Assembly: GCF_034530815.1 (NCBI RefSeq)
Contig: NZ_JAVRCK010000006.1
Coordinates: 8,988-72,987, forward strand
From: Nostoc sp. DedSLP03
GTDB lineage: Bacteria > Cyanobacteriota > Cyanobacteriia > Cyanobacteriales > Nostocaceae
DNA: 64,000 nt
Reading direction: 5' to 3'
Made by a program: the position numbers and the translations under genes. The notes under the pieces were generated by a model. That model did no database searches and had not been told where the DNA came from. It saw only the letters and a list, made by a program, of their open reading frames with translations. Below, piece by piece: positions 47,319 through 56,274 of this stretch. Every line of letters starts with the position of its first letter. Position 1 is the first letter of the stretch.

Positions 47319-48460
47319 GTGCTAAACCTCGTCTTTACTTAATATTTCCGAATATATTTGATTTCAAGGGAGGTATTCAAGTTTACTCAAAATTTTTGCT
47401 GAAAGCTTTACAAGATATATATCCTGAAGCTGATTATAATGTGTTTCTCAAATATGATAAGTATAGTTTAAAACAGCCAGATAAATTGCAGTTTTTAAGT
47501 TCAACAATATTTCATTATTTTGGAGATTTACCCAAATTATTGCAACCAATTTTATTTGCCACGAAAATAATTATTTTAGCTATTCTTCAACATCCCGTTA
47601 TAGTGATTTCCACTCATGTTAACTATGCAATTGTTTGTTATATTGTCAAATTTGTTACTGGAACTCCTTACTGGGTCGTCGCTCATGGCTTAGAAGTTTG
47701 GGATATCGAAAATAAGGCAACAAAATTTGCTTTAGAAAAAGCAGATAAAATCATTAGTGTTAGCAATTATACTCGCCAGCGCTTGCTTCAAAATCCAAAT
47801 ATTGATTCAGAAAAAATAGTTATTTTGCCTAATACATTTGATGCTAGTAAGTTTCCAATAAATTCTAAACCTACCTACTTACTCAAACGATATAACTTAA
47901 CAGATGAACAGCCTGTAATTCTAACAGTAACGCGACTAGGAAGCACGGCCAAATACAAGGGTTATGACCAAATCCTTCATGCTTTAGTTAAAGTGCGATC
48001 GCATCTTCCTAATGTTCACTTTATTCTTGCAGGGAAAGGAGATGATATACCTCGAATTAAAATTTTAGTTACCAACTTAAATCTCCAAGATTGTGTGACA
48101 ATTGCCGGATTTGTTCCAGATAAAGAATTGTGCGATCATTACAATCTCTGCGATGTTTTTGCTCTGCCTAGTAAAGGAGAAGGATTTGGGATTGTTTTTC
48201 TAGAAGCTTTAGCTTGTGGTAAACCTGTATTGGCAGGTAATCAAGATGGTTCTATAGATCCCTTGGCTGAGGGGAAGTTGGGATGTTTGGTCGATCCTGA
48301 TAATGTTGAAGAAATTGCCGATAATCTAATTCAAATCCTGCAAGGTGATTGCTCTAATCCAGTAATTTACCAACCAGAATACTTACAACAAAAAACTATT
48401 CAAACTTTTGATTTTAGCCAGTTTCGGGAAAGTTTAGCAAAGTTAATTAGTAGTAATTAG
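47315..48460 (+). CDS. GT4-family glycosyltransferase
   Basis: 381-aa ORF with the EX7E region (PSKGEGFGIVFLEALACGKPVLAG). Its start overlaps the upstream stop (ATGA). Confidence 0.85.
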   Translation: MSAKPRLYLIFPNIFDFKGGIQVYSKFLLKALQDIYPEADYNVFLKYDKYSLKQPDKLQFLSSTIFHYFGDLPKLLQPILFATKIIILAILQHPVIVISTHVNYAIVCYIVKFVTGTPYWVVAHGLEVWDIENKATKFALEKADKIISVSNYTRQRLLQNPNIDSEKIVILPNTFDASKFPINSKPTYLLKRYNLTDEQPVILTVTRLGSTAKYKGYDQILHALVKVRSHLPNVHFILAGKGDDIPRIKILVTNLNLQDCVTIAGFVPDKELCDHYNLCDVFALPSKGEGFGIVFLEALACGKPVLAGNQDGSIDPLAEGKLGCLVDPDNVEEIADNLIQILQGDCSNPVIYQPEYLQQKTIQTFDFSQFRESLAKLISSN

Positions 48461-48488
48461 TTACAATTTAATAAAATTTGGTAAAAAA

Positions 48489-48680
48489 ATGGACGATTCA
48501 GTATTTGTTATATTTCTTGCCTTTGGATTTATTTGGGTTTTGATGGGAGTTGTAGGTTGGATTGCATTTCTCAAATCTGAGGGTGAGGAAATTAAGTTTG
48601 GTAAGTGGGGACTTATAGTTGCTATTCCAATCTTAATACCAATAATTGTTACTCTGATTATTGGTGTATTTTATCATTAA
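48489..48680 (+). CDS. hypothetical small membrane protein
   Basis: 63-aa ORF with two hydrophobic helices, following the GT4 gene. Confidence 0.35.
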   Translation: MDDSVFVIFLAFGFIWVLMGVVGWIAFLKSEGEEIKFGKWGLIVAIPILIPIIVTLIIGVFYH

Positions 48681-48682
48681 AA

Positions 48683-48912
48683 AAGAATTCAGAAGTCAGA
48701 ATTCAGGAGTCAGAATCAATCAGTGGGGGATTCAGACCCACCACTGATTGAAAACCACCCTTACGGGTTCGCCAGTTACTCATGGGGGAAACCCCCAAGA
48801 TCGTACTGGCTCACCAAATTTTCTTGTTTTGTGGGGGACTTAAACCCACTTATTCAGGAGCCAGTCGCGCAGAATTCAATTCTGAATTCTGGCTCCTGAC
48901 TCCTGAATTCTT
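48683..48912. mobile_element. MITE-like element with ~30-nt terminal inverted repeats (AAGAATTCAG...GAGTCAGAA / TTCTGGCTCCTGACTCCTGAATTCTT)
   Basis: Arms at 48683-48715 and 48880-48912. The interior holds several hairpins, including two GTGGGGGAYTYARACCCAC copies and tgggggaaaccccca. The same arms bracket 56068-56208, and a solo arm lies at 6103-6130. Confidence 0.5.
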
Positions 48913-48944
48913 TCTTTTTAAAAACTCACTAAAATCTATGTTTT

Positions 48945-51566
48945 TTACTTTTGCATCGCACCTCTAACCAAAATGACTGTACTTTCAACACCAGAGGCGA
49001 TCGCTTCGGGAATATTACCTTGAATCGCTTGCTGTAGCAATCCCTCGCGGGAAGCTCCCAAAACTACAACGTCGTAACCTTCTGTTTTCACTAGATTAAT
49101 CACACCTTCTGCGACTGAATTAGCTTGCACCGGGAGAGCAACTACAGTACTCGACAATTTGCGGCGACGCATCAAACGGCGGATGGCTTGTTCTGAAATT
49201 GACATATCTGGTTTGAGTTCAGATGGCTTAAACACCTGTGTCAGGCGAATTTTCGGATCGTTTCCCAATGTAATTAAAGCCGGTAGCAATTTAATTGCCA
49301 GTGGGGAATTGGGGCCACCAGCCACTGGAACTAGCCAACGGTTGAACTGGGGACTGGGAATCGAGGATTGAGTAGTGCCTAATTTTACTAGTACAACTTC
49401 GCAGGTGGCTTGGCGAATTATGATGTCAACAACGCTACCAAAAATCCGACCAGGGGTAGATGTGTTACCTTTCCATCCCATTAAAATTAGGTCGATGTGT
49501 TGTTCGTTGATTGTCTCCAAAATTGCCTGCGCCACATCGTGGGTAACTCGAATCTGCGTGTGTAAAGGAATTTTCCACTTTTTTGCTAATACTTCTGCCT
49601 GTCGTAGCAAGCGGCGGCTTTTTGCCGTTCTTACCTGTGTTTCTGATGGGGAACTGTGGCGGGGTATCAGCATCACTTGCACGCAATCTATTTCATAATG
49701 GCGATCGCGGGCAATAGCTGCTGCCATTTGTAATAAAACACCTGCTGTTTCGGGATTTGCTACGGGTACTAATAATCTACCTCTACCAGTGCTGGGCGAT
49801 CGCGTCTGGTAAACTATGTATGAAGGTTCTGGTCGCAGTTTCGGTGTCGCATTCTCGCCATTGAGATGATCTGCTTCCGCCCGAATAATATCTGCACGGG
49901 TAATAATCCCAATCAGTTTTCGTCTATCTACCACAGGTAAGCGACTGATTTGATGGCGATCGAGTAAATATAGTACATTACTGAGGGTGTGAATTGGTGA
50001 TACTGTCATCGGGACAGATGTCATAATTTCTTTTAAGAAAATATCGGCTAGATTGCGATCGTGAAATGTGTGGTTTGTACTCTCGCGGATTTTTAACAAG
50101 TCTGATTGCGTTACAATCCCCACTAACTTGCTATCTTCTACCACAGGGAAACCGCGATGATGGGAACGAGCAAAAGCTTGCATTGCTTCTTCCAAGGTCA
50201 TCTCTGCATCTAGAGTTTCTACCCGTTCTTGCATCACATCTTTTGCAGTTAACTTGCTTAATGCTCCTTCCATCGCAACTTCTTTGGTGAGAGTAATCCC
50301 TTTTAACTCCAAAAGTTTCTCATAAAGCGAACCAGGCACTACTTTATCCGCAACCAGATAAGCAGCGACAGAAACAATCATCAAAGGTAGTACCAGATTG
50401 AAATCTGTAGTCATCTCAAAGACAATCACAATGGCTGTGATTGGCACTTTGGAAACGGCGCTAAAAAATCCACCCATACCCGCTAGGGCGTAAGTCGTAG
50501 GAGAACCAACTCCAGTGATATATAACTCAGATACACCGATGATGTGTCCTAAGCAAGAACCCAAAATCAGACTGGGAGCGAATAATCCCCCCGGCGCTCC
50601 CGAACCAAATGCGATCAGTGTGAGGATAAACTGGGCCGCAAAGGCGATCGCTGCGACGCTAGGATGGGAATTTCCAGTAATTAATGACTCCCGTAATCCC
50701 GTATTATCACGGAAAGAGGGAGGAAGCAGGGCCACGACAATACCAGAGATAAATCCAGCTAAAGCTACACGCAAGGGCAAACTAATGTGTAATCTTTCGT
50801 AAAATTTAATACTAAAGATAATACCGCGATTAAACAATGCACCAAACAAGCCTGCCAAAATACCTAACAGGATGAAAAAGGGAATTTCTGGGATAGAAAA
50901 TTGGCTGGAAGATTTTACTAATTGCAAGTTAAGGTCAAGAGAGCCACCACCCAGAAGTCGGGATATCACGCCACCAATAAAGGAGGCGATAATCGCAGTT
51001 CCGAGAGTCAATCCTGATAAATCTTGGAGTAATTCTTCAACGATAAATAATACACCTGCGATCGGGGCATTGAAAGCAGCAGCCAAACCGGCACCTGCAC
51101 CAGCTGCAATCATCTGCCGTCGATGATCTGGGGAAGTGGGAACCCAACGACTCATCCCTGCTGCCAAACCTGCCCCCACTTGGACAGTAGGGCCTTGCCG
51201 TCCCAAAGTCATGCCAGAACCGATGGCGACGATCGCACTGAGTAACTTCACACCTGCTACCCGCCAAGATAATGTCACAGGCACATTGGCCAGAGATGCT
51301 TTGACTTGTGGAATACCGCTACCAGAAGCCTCTGGTGCTAATCTATCCACCAACCATCCAGCCAGAAATCCCAGGACAAGACCAATTGCAGGTAGTACCA
51401 GCCATGTCGGCAAAAGGTGGGTAGTATGCACTCGCCATGTCCCCAGCCATCCCGATCCGACTTTCAGAAATACCGCAGATAAGGCAGCAACCAGACCGAT
51501 AATACAGGCTTCGGCGATCGCTAAACCTCTTCTAGGCTGCCACCAGGTGCGAAAACGCTGATTCAT
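48945..51566 (-). CDS. ClC-family chloride channel with a CBS pair and two USP-like domains
   Basis: 873-aa ORF with ClC motifs GSGIPQV, GRQGPTV and GAPGGLFAPS. These are followed by two CBS-like modules and two universal-stress-like modules (LVPVA...VVLG). Confidence 0.88.
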   Translation of the reverse strand: MNQRFRTWWQPRRGLAIAEACIIGLVAALSAVFLKVGSGWLGTWRVHTTHLLPTWLVLPAIGLVLGFLAGWLVDRLAPEASGSGIPQVKASLANVPVTLSWRVAGVKLLSAIVAIGSGMTLGRQGPTVQVGAGLAAGMSRWVPTSPDHRRQMIAAGAGAGLAAAFNAPIAGVLFIVEELLQDLSGLTLGTAIIASFIGGVISRLLGGGSLDLNLQLVKSSSQFSIPEIPFFILLGILAGLFGALFNRGIIFSIKFYERLHISLPLRVALAGFISGIVVALLPPSFRDNTGLRESLITGNSHPSVAAIAFAAQFILTLIAFGSGAPGGLFAPSLILGSCLGHIIGVSELYITGVGSPTTYALAGMGGFFSAVSKVPITAIVIVFEMTTDFNLVLPLMIVSVAAYLVADKVVPGSLYEKLLELKGITLTKEVAMEGALSKLTAKDVMQERVETLDAEMTLEEAMQAFARSHHRGFPVVEDSKLVGIVTQSDLLKIRESTNHTFHDRNLADIFLKEIMTSVPMTVSPIHTLSNVLYLLDRHQISRLPVVDRRKLIGIITRADIIRAEADHLNGENATPKLRPEPSYIVYQTRSPSTGRGRLLVPVANPETAGVLLQMAAAIARDRHYEIDCVQVMLIPRHSSPSETQVRTAKSRRLLRQAEVLAKKWKIPLHTQIRVTHDVAQAILETINEQHIDLILMGWKGNTSTPGRIFGSVVDIIIRQATCEVVLVKLGTTQSSIPSPQFNRWLVPVAGGPNSPLAIKLLPALITLGNDPKIRLTQVFKPSELKPDMSISEQAIRRLMRRRKLSSTVVALPVQANSVAEGVINLVKTEGYDVVVLGASREGLLQQAIQGNIPEAIASGVESTVILVRGAMQK

Positions 51567-51745
51567 ACCAGTTTTGGATTTTAAATTTTGGACTTCGACT
51601 TCTCTACAAGACGCACTCGCGTTCGTTCAGTCGAACGATTTTTGATTACAAATCTTGACTAAAAAGCTGTTCGGTGGAATCTTCAGAGGATGTTTAAAAG
51701 TCGTTGGCAAAATATAATTCGCTACCACACAAGCACAGTCCCCAC

Positions 51746-51797
51746 TTACGAATTACGAATTACGAATTACGAATTACGAATTACGAATTACGAATTA
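51746..51797. repeat. heptamer tandem repeat (TTACGAA x ~7.4)
   Basis: Direct reading. It ends 1 nt before the stop codon of the TldD/PmbA gene. Confidence 0.9.
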
Positions 51798-51798
51798 T

Positions 51799-53145
51799 TT
51801 AATTGCTTCTTCCCGTAGTAGATAGCCCTTCTACGATCAGAGACGGAGTATAACAAGAACCATTCCAATCAACATCGTTGCCTAGTGTAACCAATTGCTT
51901 CAGGGCTGTGTAAACATTACCTGCAACCATCGTATCCTTAACACGCCCAATTACTTGACCATTTTGGACGCGGTAGCCTAAATCGACGTTGATCGAAAAA
52001 TCTCCAGAAATACTGCCGCCACCACCCAACATTTGATCGACAATCAAGCCATCATCTAGTTGTTGAATCAAATCTGGTAGTGATGCCGTTCCGGGCTGGA
52101 TGAGAAAATTAAATAAACCAGGGGTAGGATAGCTACCTAAACCAGGGCGAAAACCATTTCCAGTGGTATTAGTACCTAGTTGGGAGCCAGTGGTGCGATC
52201 GCTATAGAAATGTTGTAAAGTCCCGTTTTGGATAAATACTAGAGATTGAGTCGGAGTGCCTTCATCATCAAAAGGACAGCTGTAAGGGCCAGCTTCAGGA
52301 TCTTGGTAGATGGTGAGACTAGGTGCAACTACTTCCTTACCCAAACGTTCTGCCCAAGGTGAAGCTGCTTCTAAAACTCGCTTGCCATTCAAAGCGGCTT
52401 GTACAGTACCCCAAAGCATATCGGCGGCTTTAGAAGTAAACAAAATCGGCACACGACCAATAGGAGGTGAAATATTTTCACTAGACCAAATTAACCGTTG
52501 TAAAATTTGATTAGCTAATCTCTCTGAGTCGAGTTCCCCCCGATTGGTTTGACCATCAGAAACACTTAAAAAATCATCACCACGCACCCATTCTGCTGAT
52601 ATATAGCAGCTGAGGGTAGTGTCTGTATAGTGACAATCTAAACCTTTAGTGTTGACTAATCTGGTGGTTTCAATATCACATTCCCAGTCACCATTGCATA
52701 CAACATCGGGATAGGCATCACGGATGAGTGCGATCGCTTCCTTGCCCCAGTCCACCAAAACCTCTATCGGGAAACTTTCTCCTAAATCGGGGTAGTCAGG
52801 CTGAAAGTTAGAGCCTAATTCTACAATTTCCGGTTGATTTAGTTGACTCAAAGCCAGAGCTTTTTCTACCATTACTTCGGCTAAGACAGAACCGTAAGCT
52901 ACCGTTAGTCCCGGACGCCCGTTTCGCCAAAGCCTTAGTGCTGTGCCTTCAGATTGGTTAGTTTCTAGCTGTTTGAGTCGGTTTGCCTCAAAAAACACGG
53001 GACGAGAAAGCGATCGCGATTGATACACTTCAGCAGCTTCTGCTCCAGATTTTATAGCTAGTTCCAGCAACTGTTCGGCTAGTGTATCTTGTGACAAATT
53101 TTCAGAACCCATGACCCTTAGTGAATTGTGGATTTTGAACCGCAT
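51799..53145 (-). CDS. TldD/PmbA-family metalloprotease/modulator protein
   Basis: 448-aa ORF with family-typical segments (AEVYQSRS, GxGFRPG-like NGFRPGLGSYPTPG, C-terminal GGGSISGDF...G). Confidence 0.82.
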   Translation of the reverse strand: MRFKIHNSLRVMGSENLSQDTLAEQLLELAIKSGAEAAEVYQSRSLSRPVFFEANRLKQLETNQSEGTALRLWRNGRPGLTVAYGSVLAEVMVEKALALSQLNQPEIVELGSNFQPDYPDLGESFPIEVLVDWGKEAIALIRDAYPDVVCNGDWECDIETTRLVNTKGLDCHYTDTTLSCYISAEWVRGDDFLSVSDGQTNRGELDSERLANQILQRLIWSSENISPPIGRVPILFTSKAADMLWGTVQAALNGKRVLEAASPWAERLGKEVVAPSLTIYQDPEAGPYSCPFDDEGTPTQSLVFIQNGTLQHFYSDRTTGSQLGTNTTGNGFRPGLGSYPTPGLFNFLIQPGTASLPDLIQQLDDGLIVDQMLGGGGSISGDFSINVDLGYRVQNGQVIGRVKDTMVAGNVYTALKQLVTLGNDVDWNGSCYTPSLIVEGLSTTGRSN

Positions 53146-53331
53146 ATCAACGCTATCTTTTGAGAAGTGCGATGTCTACGACGGGCTACGCCTACGCACT
53201 TTCCAGTGATGAACGCAGATAACTATCCAAAAATCATCAATGTTTCTTTACAGTTACGATTTGAAACCGCAGATCGACACTGATGGACGCAGTTAATTAT
53301 CCCAAATCATTGTCATGTCTCAACGGATCTG

Positions 53332-53424
53332 GTCATTTGTCATTTGTCATTTGTCATTTGTCATTGGTCATTGGTCATTGGTCATTAGTTATTCTCCCCT
53401 GCCCCCTGCCCCCTGCCCCCTGCC
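53332..53424. repeat. STRR-type heptamer arrays (GTCATTT x4, GTCATTG x3, then CCCCTGC x4)
   Basis: Direct reading of the spacer between the TldD/PmbA start and the Tab2 stop. Confidence 0.9.
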
Positions 53425-53429
53425 CATTT

Positions 53430-54290
53430 TCACAGATTAACCTCCTGCAACAGCCAAAAACCAGCAAAAGATTCTGCTTTGGGATCGGACTGTACGCCGA
53501 TAAAATGTACTCCATTCGCTTTTTGCTTGGCTGCTTCAAAACCTTTGGCTTCTGCTAAAATTTGAGGTTTTTTGATATTTGCCACAATCCAGCTTTCAGT
53601 TACACCAGTTTCTAAAAGCAATCTCGCCTCTTCGCTAGCGTCAAATTTTAAGAAAGCTAACTCCAAACCAGACATCCAGCCAGCCAAGGGCAACGCTCTC
53701 GATGAGAAAATCAAAATACCAGGAATACGGGCTTCGGGTGAAACTTTCGCTAACTCTAAAGGGAAAGCTTCACCGAAGCCAATTTCCCACTCTGGCATAT
53801 CAGCAAAATCCGCAGCATCTAAGGTAACAAATACCCATTGTTGTCCTTCCAAAGCATCTGGTAAACGTTGCGGCAAAGGTTTCTCTAAGCGGACTGAGGG
53901 ATTAGTTCCCTCTTGATACCCTGTCTCTTGAGGATACACTTCTTCCATCCGCTGTTCTAACCATTGATTGAGAACTAAAGTCCGGCGGCTAGGCTGGGCG
54001 GGAATACCCAAATCTTGGCAAGCTTTAGTAATCATATTGTTCATTTGGCGGCGGAAAAAGCGGATTTTAATTGGTGCTTTTCCAGCTTGGTTAATAGCCT
54101 CCTGCAATGCTGTCCGCAACCAGACCGAATTTACCTGGGTACTGGGACAATATTGAGCATAGCGAAACAAAGAGTCTACTTTTGCGCCGATATCCAAGGG
54201 GCTTTCGCAGACTAAGACTTCCCAAACTTTTTTTTGATTAGCGTCCAAAATCGGACGAGAGTAAAAATCGATTTCCCAAATACTGCCCAT
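53430..54290 (-). CDS. Tab2/ATAB2-family RNA-binding protein (DUF1092)
   Basis: 286-aa ORF starting WEIDFYSRPILDANQKKVWEVLVCES, the hallmark N-terminus of cyanobacterial Tab2 homologs. Confidence 0.85.
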   Translation of the reverse strand: MGSIWEIDFYSRPILDANQKKVWEVLVCESPLDIGAKVDSLFRYAQYCPSTQVNSVWLRTALQEAINQAGKAPIKIRFFRRQMNNMITKACQDLGIPAQPSRRTLVLNQWLEQRMEEVYPQETGYQEGTNPSVRLEKPLPQRLPDALEGQQWVFVTLDAADFADMPEWEIGFGEAFPLELAKVSPEARIPGILIFSSRALPLAGWMSGLELAFLKFDASEEARLLLETGVTESWIVANIKKPQILAEAKGFEAAKQKANGVHFIGVQSDPKAESFAGFWLLQEVNL

Positions 54291-54585
54291 GTTTTGCGGT
54301 AAAAATCTGGCTGTTATGTTTTCCTGATATCTCGATCATACGAGTGTTGGGGCAGCAGGGGAATAAGGGAGTTGAGAGTGGGGAGTCGGGGCAAGGGGGA
54401 TGAACGAGTCTTTGAGGTGGATAATATAAATACTAAGCATGTCAGACTTAGAAGTTTTATATCCTTGACGCTTTAAACTTGGAAAAAATGCAACAACAGT
54501 ACAGTAAGTACAGTACCCCGGCGATCGCATGGAATTAGCCAAGAGTAATTAAGATAATGCTAAAAGACATTTCAGAGGTAGATGG

Positions 54586-54918
54586 ATGCAACTAGAAGAT
54601 TATTTTGAGTTTTTAGACCCAGATGACATCCGGATCAAAGGTCATCGTATTGGTATTGATAATGTGATTCAATATTACTTGCAAGGATATTCACCAGAGG
54701 AAATTATAAACGAATTACCTTCCCTGAATTTGGAGAAAATTTACGCTACGCTTACCTACTATCTGCATAATCGTGTTGAAATAGATGCTTATATGTTGCG
54801 GCTAGCAAAGTGGCGAGAACAGCGCTATCAAGAATCATTAGCTAATCCTTCACCTTTGATGCAACGTTTAAGAGTATTAAAGGCGCAACGTGAGCAGGAG
54901 TTACTAAACTCTTGGTGA
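54586..54918 (+). CDS. DUF433-family antitoxin-like protein
   Basis: 110-aa ORF with a DUF433-like core (IRIKGHRIGIDNVIQYYLQGYSPEEIINELPSLNLEKIYATLTYY). It overlaps the next gene by 7 nt. Confidence 0.7.
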   Translation: MQLEDYFEFLDPDDIRIKGHRIGIDNVIQYYLQGYSPEEIINELPSLNLEKIYATLTYYLHNRVEIDAYMLRLAKWREQRYQESLANPSPLMQRLRVLKAQREQELLNSW

Positions 54919-55274
54919 AGGTACGTTTTCTCATTGATGAAAATTTGTCGCCCAAACTGAAGATAGCTGTTTTGCGCTTCAATCCGGCAATAGATATTCT
55001 GCGCATAGGCGATGCCGAAGCACCACCATTAGGTACGCTTGACCCAGATATCCTGCGCTACCTAGAATTATCCCAACGAATATTGGTTACAGACAACCGC
55101 AAAAGTATGCCCCAACATCTGGAAGAACACTGGGGAGATGGAGGACATATTTGGGGACTAGTTTGGTTGCGTTCCAGTGGGAACCTGAGTCTTTGGGCAG
55201 AAACAATTTATTTGATTTGGGAAACGACTGAGGCAGAAGAGTGGATTGATAGATTGGATTGGATTCCACTTTAA
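54912..55274 (+). CDS. DUF5615-family PIN-like (Mut7-C-like) protein
   Basis: 120-aa ORF beginning VRFLIDENLSPKL, typical of DUF5615 partners of DUF433. TTG or GTG start. Confidence 0.7.
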   Translation: MVKVRFLIDENLSPKLKIAVLRFNPAIDILRIGDAEAPPLGTLDPDILRYLELSQRILVTDNRKSMPQHLEEHWGDGGHIWGLVWLRSSGNLSLWAETIYLIWETTEAEEWIDRLDWIPL

Positions 55275-55307
55275 AAATTTGGCGTTGCTAAATTGAAAGT
55301 ATCTCCC

Positions 55308-55955
55308 TCATTTCCCACGGTCGATCCAAACACCTCTAAGTCCAGCTGCTTTAGCTGCATGATAATCTTCTACAATGCTATCGCCGATATGCCACGCCGC
55401 CTCTGGAGAACATTTATGTTTGTCTAAGGCAATGGCAAAAATTTGCGGGTCGGGTTTAGCTGCACGTACCTGTGTAGAAATGGTGACGGAGGTAAAAAAC
55501 TCTCTCAATCCCAAACTTTGCAATACTGAGTAAATCCGAGAATCAAAATTGGACAGCACCCCTAAGCTAACTCCCAACCGCCGCCAGTTGATTAAAGCTG
55601 GTAAAACATCGGGATAGACAAACCACGGTTCGCCAGTGCCAAAGTGAATGTAAAGTTCGCTAAAAAAAGCCGAAAAGTCAGAAAATTCCTTGAGAACACC
55701 TGCCCTTTCAAAAGTGTTCAGAGCAATTATCCGCCACCAATCAAACTCACGCTGGGGAATATCTTGCAGTTCTGCATCTGGAAATATCGGCGGTGGCGCT
55801 GCTTTAAAGCTTTGGATGAAAGCTGTATTCAATGTTTCGCCTGAAACTGTAACGCCAAATTCCTGGGCGATCTGACTATAAACTTCGCCCACACTACCTT
55901 TGACATCGAAGAGTGTACCCACAGCATCTAAAAAAATAACTTTCGGTTGTTCCAT
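55308..55955 (-). CDS. HAD-superfamily hydrolase
   Basis: 215-aa ORF with HAD motif I (IFLDAVGTLF), motif II (LSNFD) and motif IV (GDSIVEDYHAAKAAG). Confidence 0.8.
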   Translation of the reverse strand: MEQPKVIFLDAVGTLFDVKGSVGEVYSQIAQEFGVTVSGETLNTAFIQSFKAAPPPIFPDAELQDIPQREFDWWRIIALNTFERAGVLKEFSDFSAFFSELYIHFGTGEPWFVYPDVLPALINWRRLGVSLGVLSNFDSRIYSVLQSLGLREFFTSVTISTQVRAAKPDPQIFAIALDKHKCSPEAAWHIGDSIVEDYHAAKAAGLRGVWIDRGK

Positions 55956-56067
55956 TAAAGTTTGAAAATTTTGAATGTTGAATTTTAGATTTTGGCTTGT
56001 TCAAAGCTTCTGTGGGTAGAGTCTAGCATCTGCTAAGTAGATTGGCGGAAATTAAACAAATCATGTA

Positions 56068-56208
56068 AGAATTCAGAATCCAGAATCCAGAAGTTAAAAT
56101 TAAGAAGACTTTGATACCCAAACTTAATAATTTTAATAAAATCAAGAAGTTCTTACACGCTTGATTTTACAATTATTCTGGCTCCTGACTCCTGACTCCT
56201 GAATTCTT
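56068..56208. mobile_element. MITE-like element, second copy of the AAGAATTCAG-arm family
   Basis: The left arm is aagaattcagaatccagaatccagaa (56068-56092). The right arm is ttctggctcctgactcctgactcctgaattctt (56176-56208). The outer 10 nt are perfectly complementary. Confidence 0.5.
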
Positions 56209-56274
56209 ACCAAATCATCGTAAATGTATTGGTTTTTTTACCAATGCTCAATTCCCAATTCCCAACCTTGAAAG

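Noticed and set aside
49159-51561. Multiple 70-141-aa ORFs on the plus strand opposite the ClC gene. Similar nested or antisense ORFs lie inside mlaE-like, EF-G, mnmG, miaB, acsF, pilC and others.
   Set aside because: They lie wholly inside long, motif-supported genes. They have no recognisable motifs and show the composition expected of antisense frames.
3771-53424. Numerous regularly spaced short repeats in spacers, considered as possible CRISPR arrays.
   Set aside because: The period is 7-8 nt with no unique spacers. These are STRR-type tandem heptamers typical of heterocystous cyanobacteria. No 25-40-nt repeat/spacer architecture and no cas genes are present.
53283-53558. ORFs composed largely of heptamer-repeat translations: 53283-53558, 8661-8885, 57611-57805, 57627-57851 and 48782-48967.
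   Set aside because: The reading frames are kept open by tandem repeats or palindromic elements in intergenic DNA. They overlap real genes or terminator elements.
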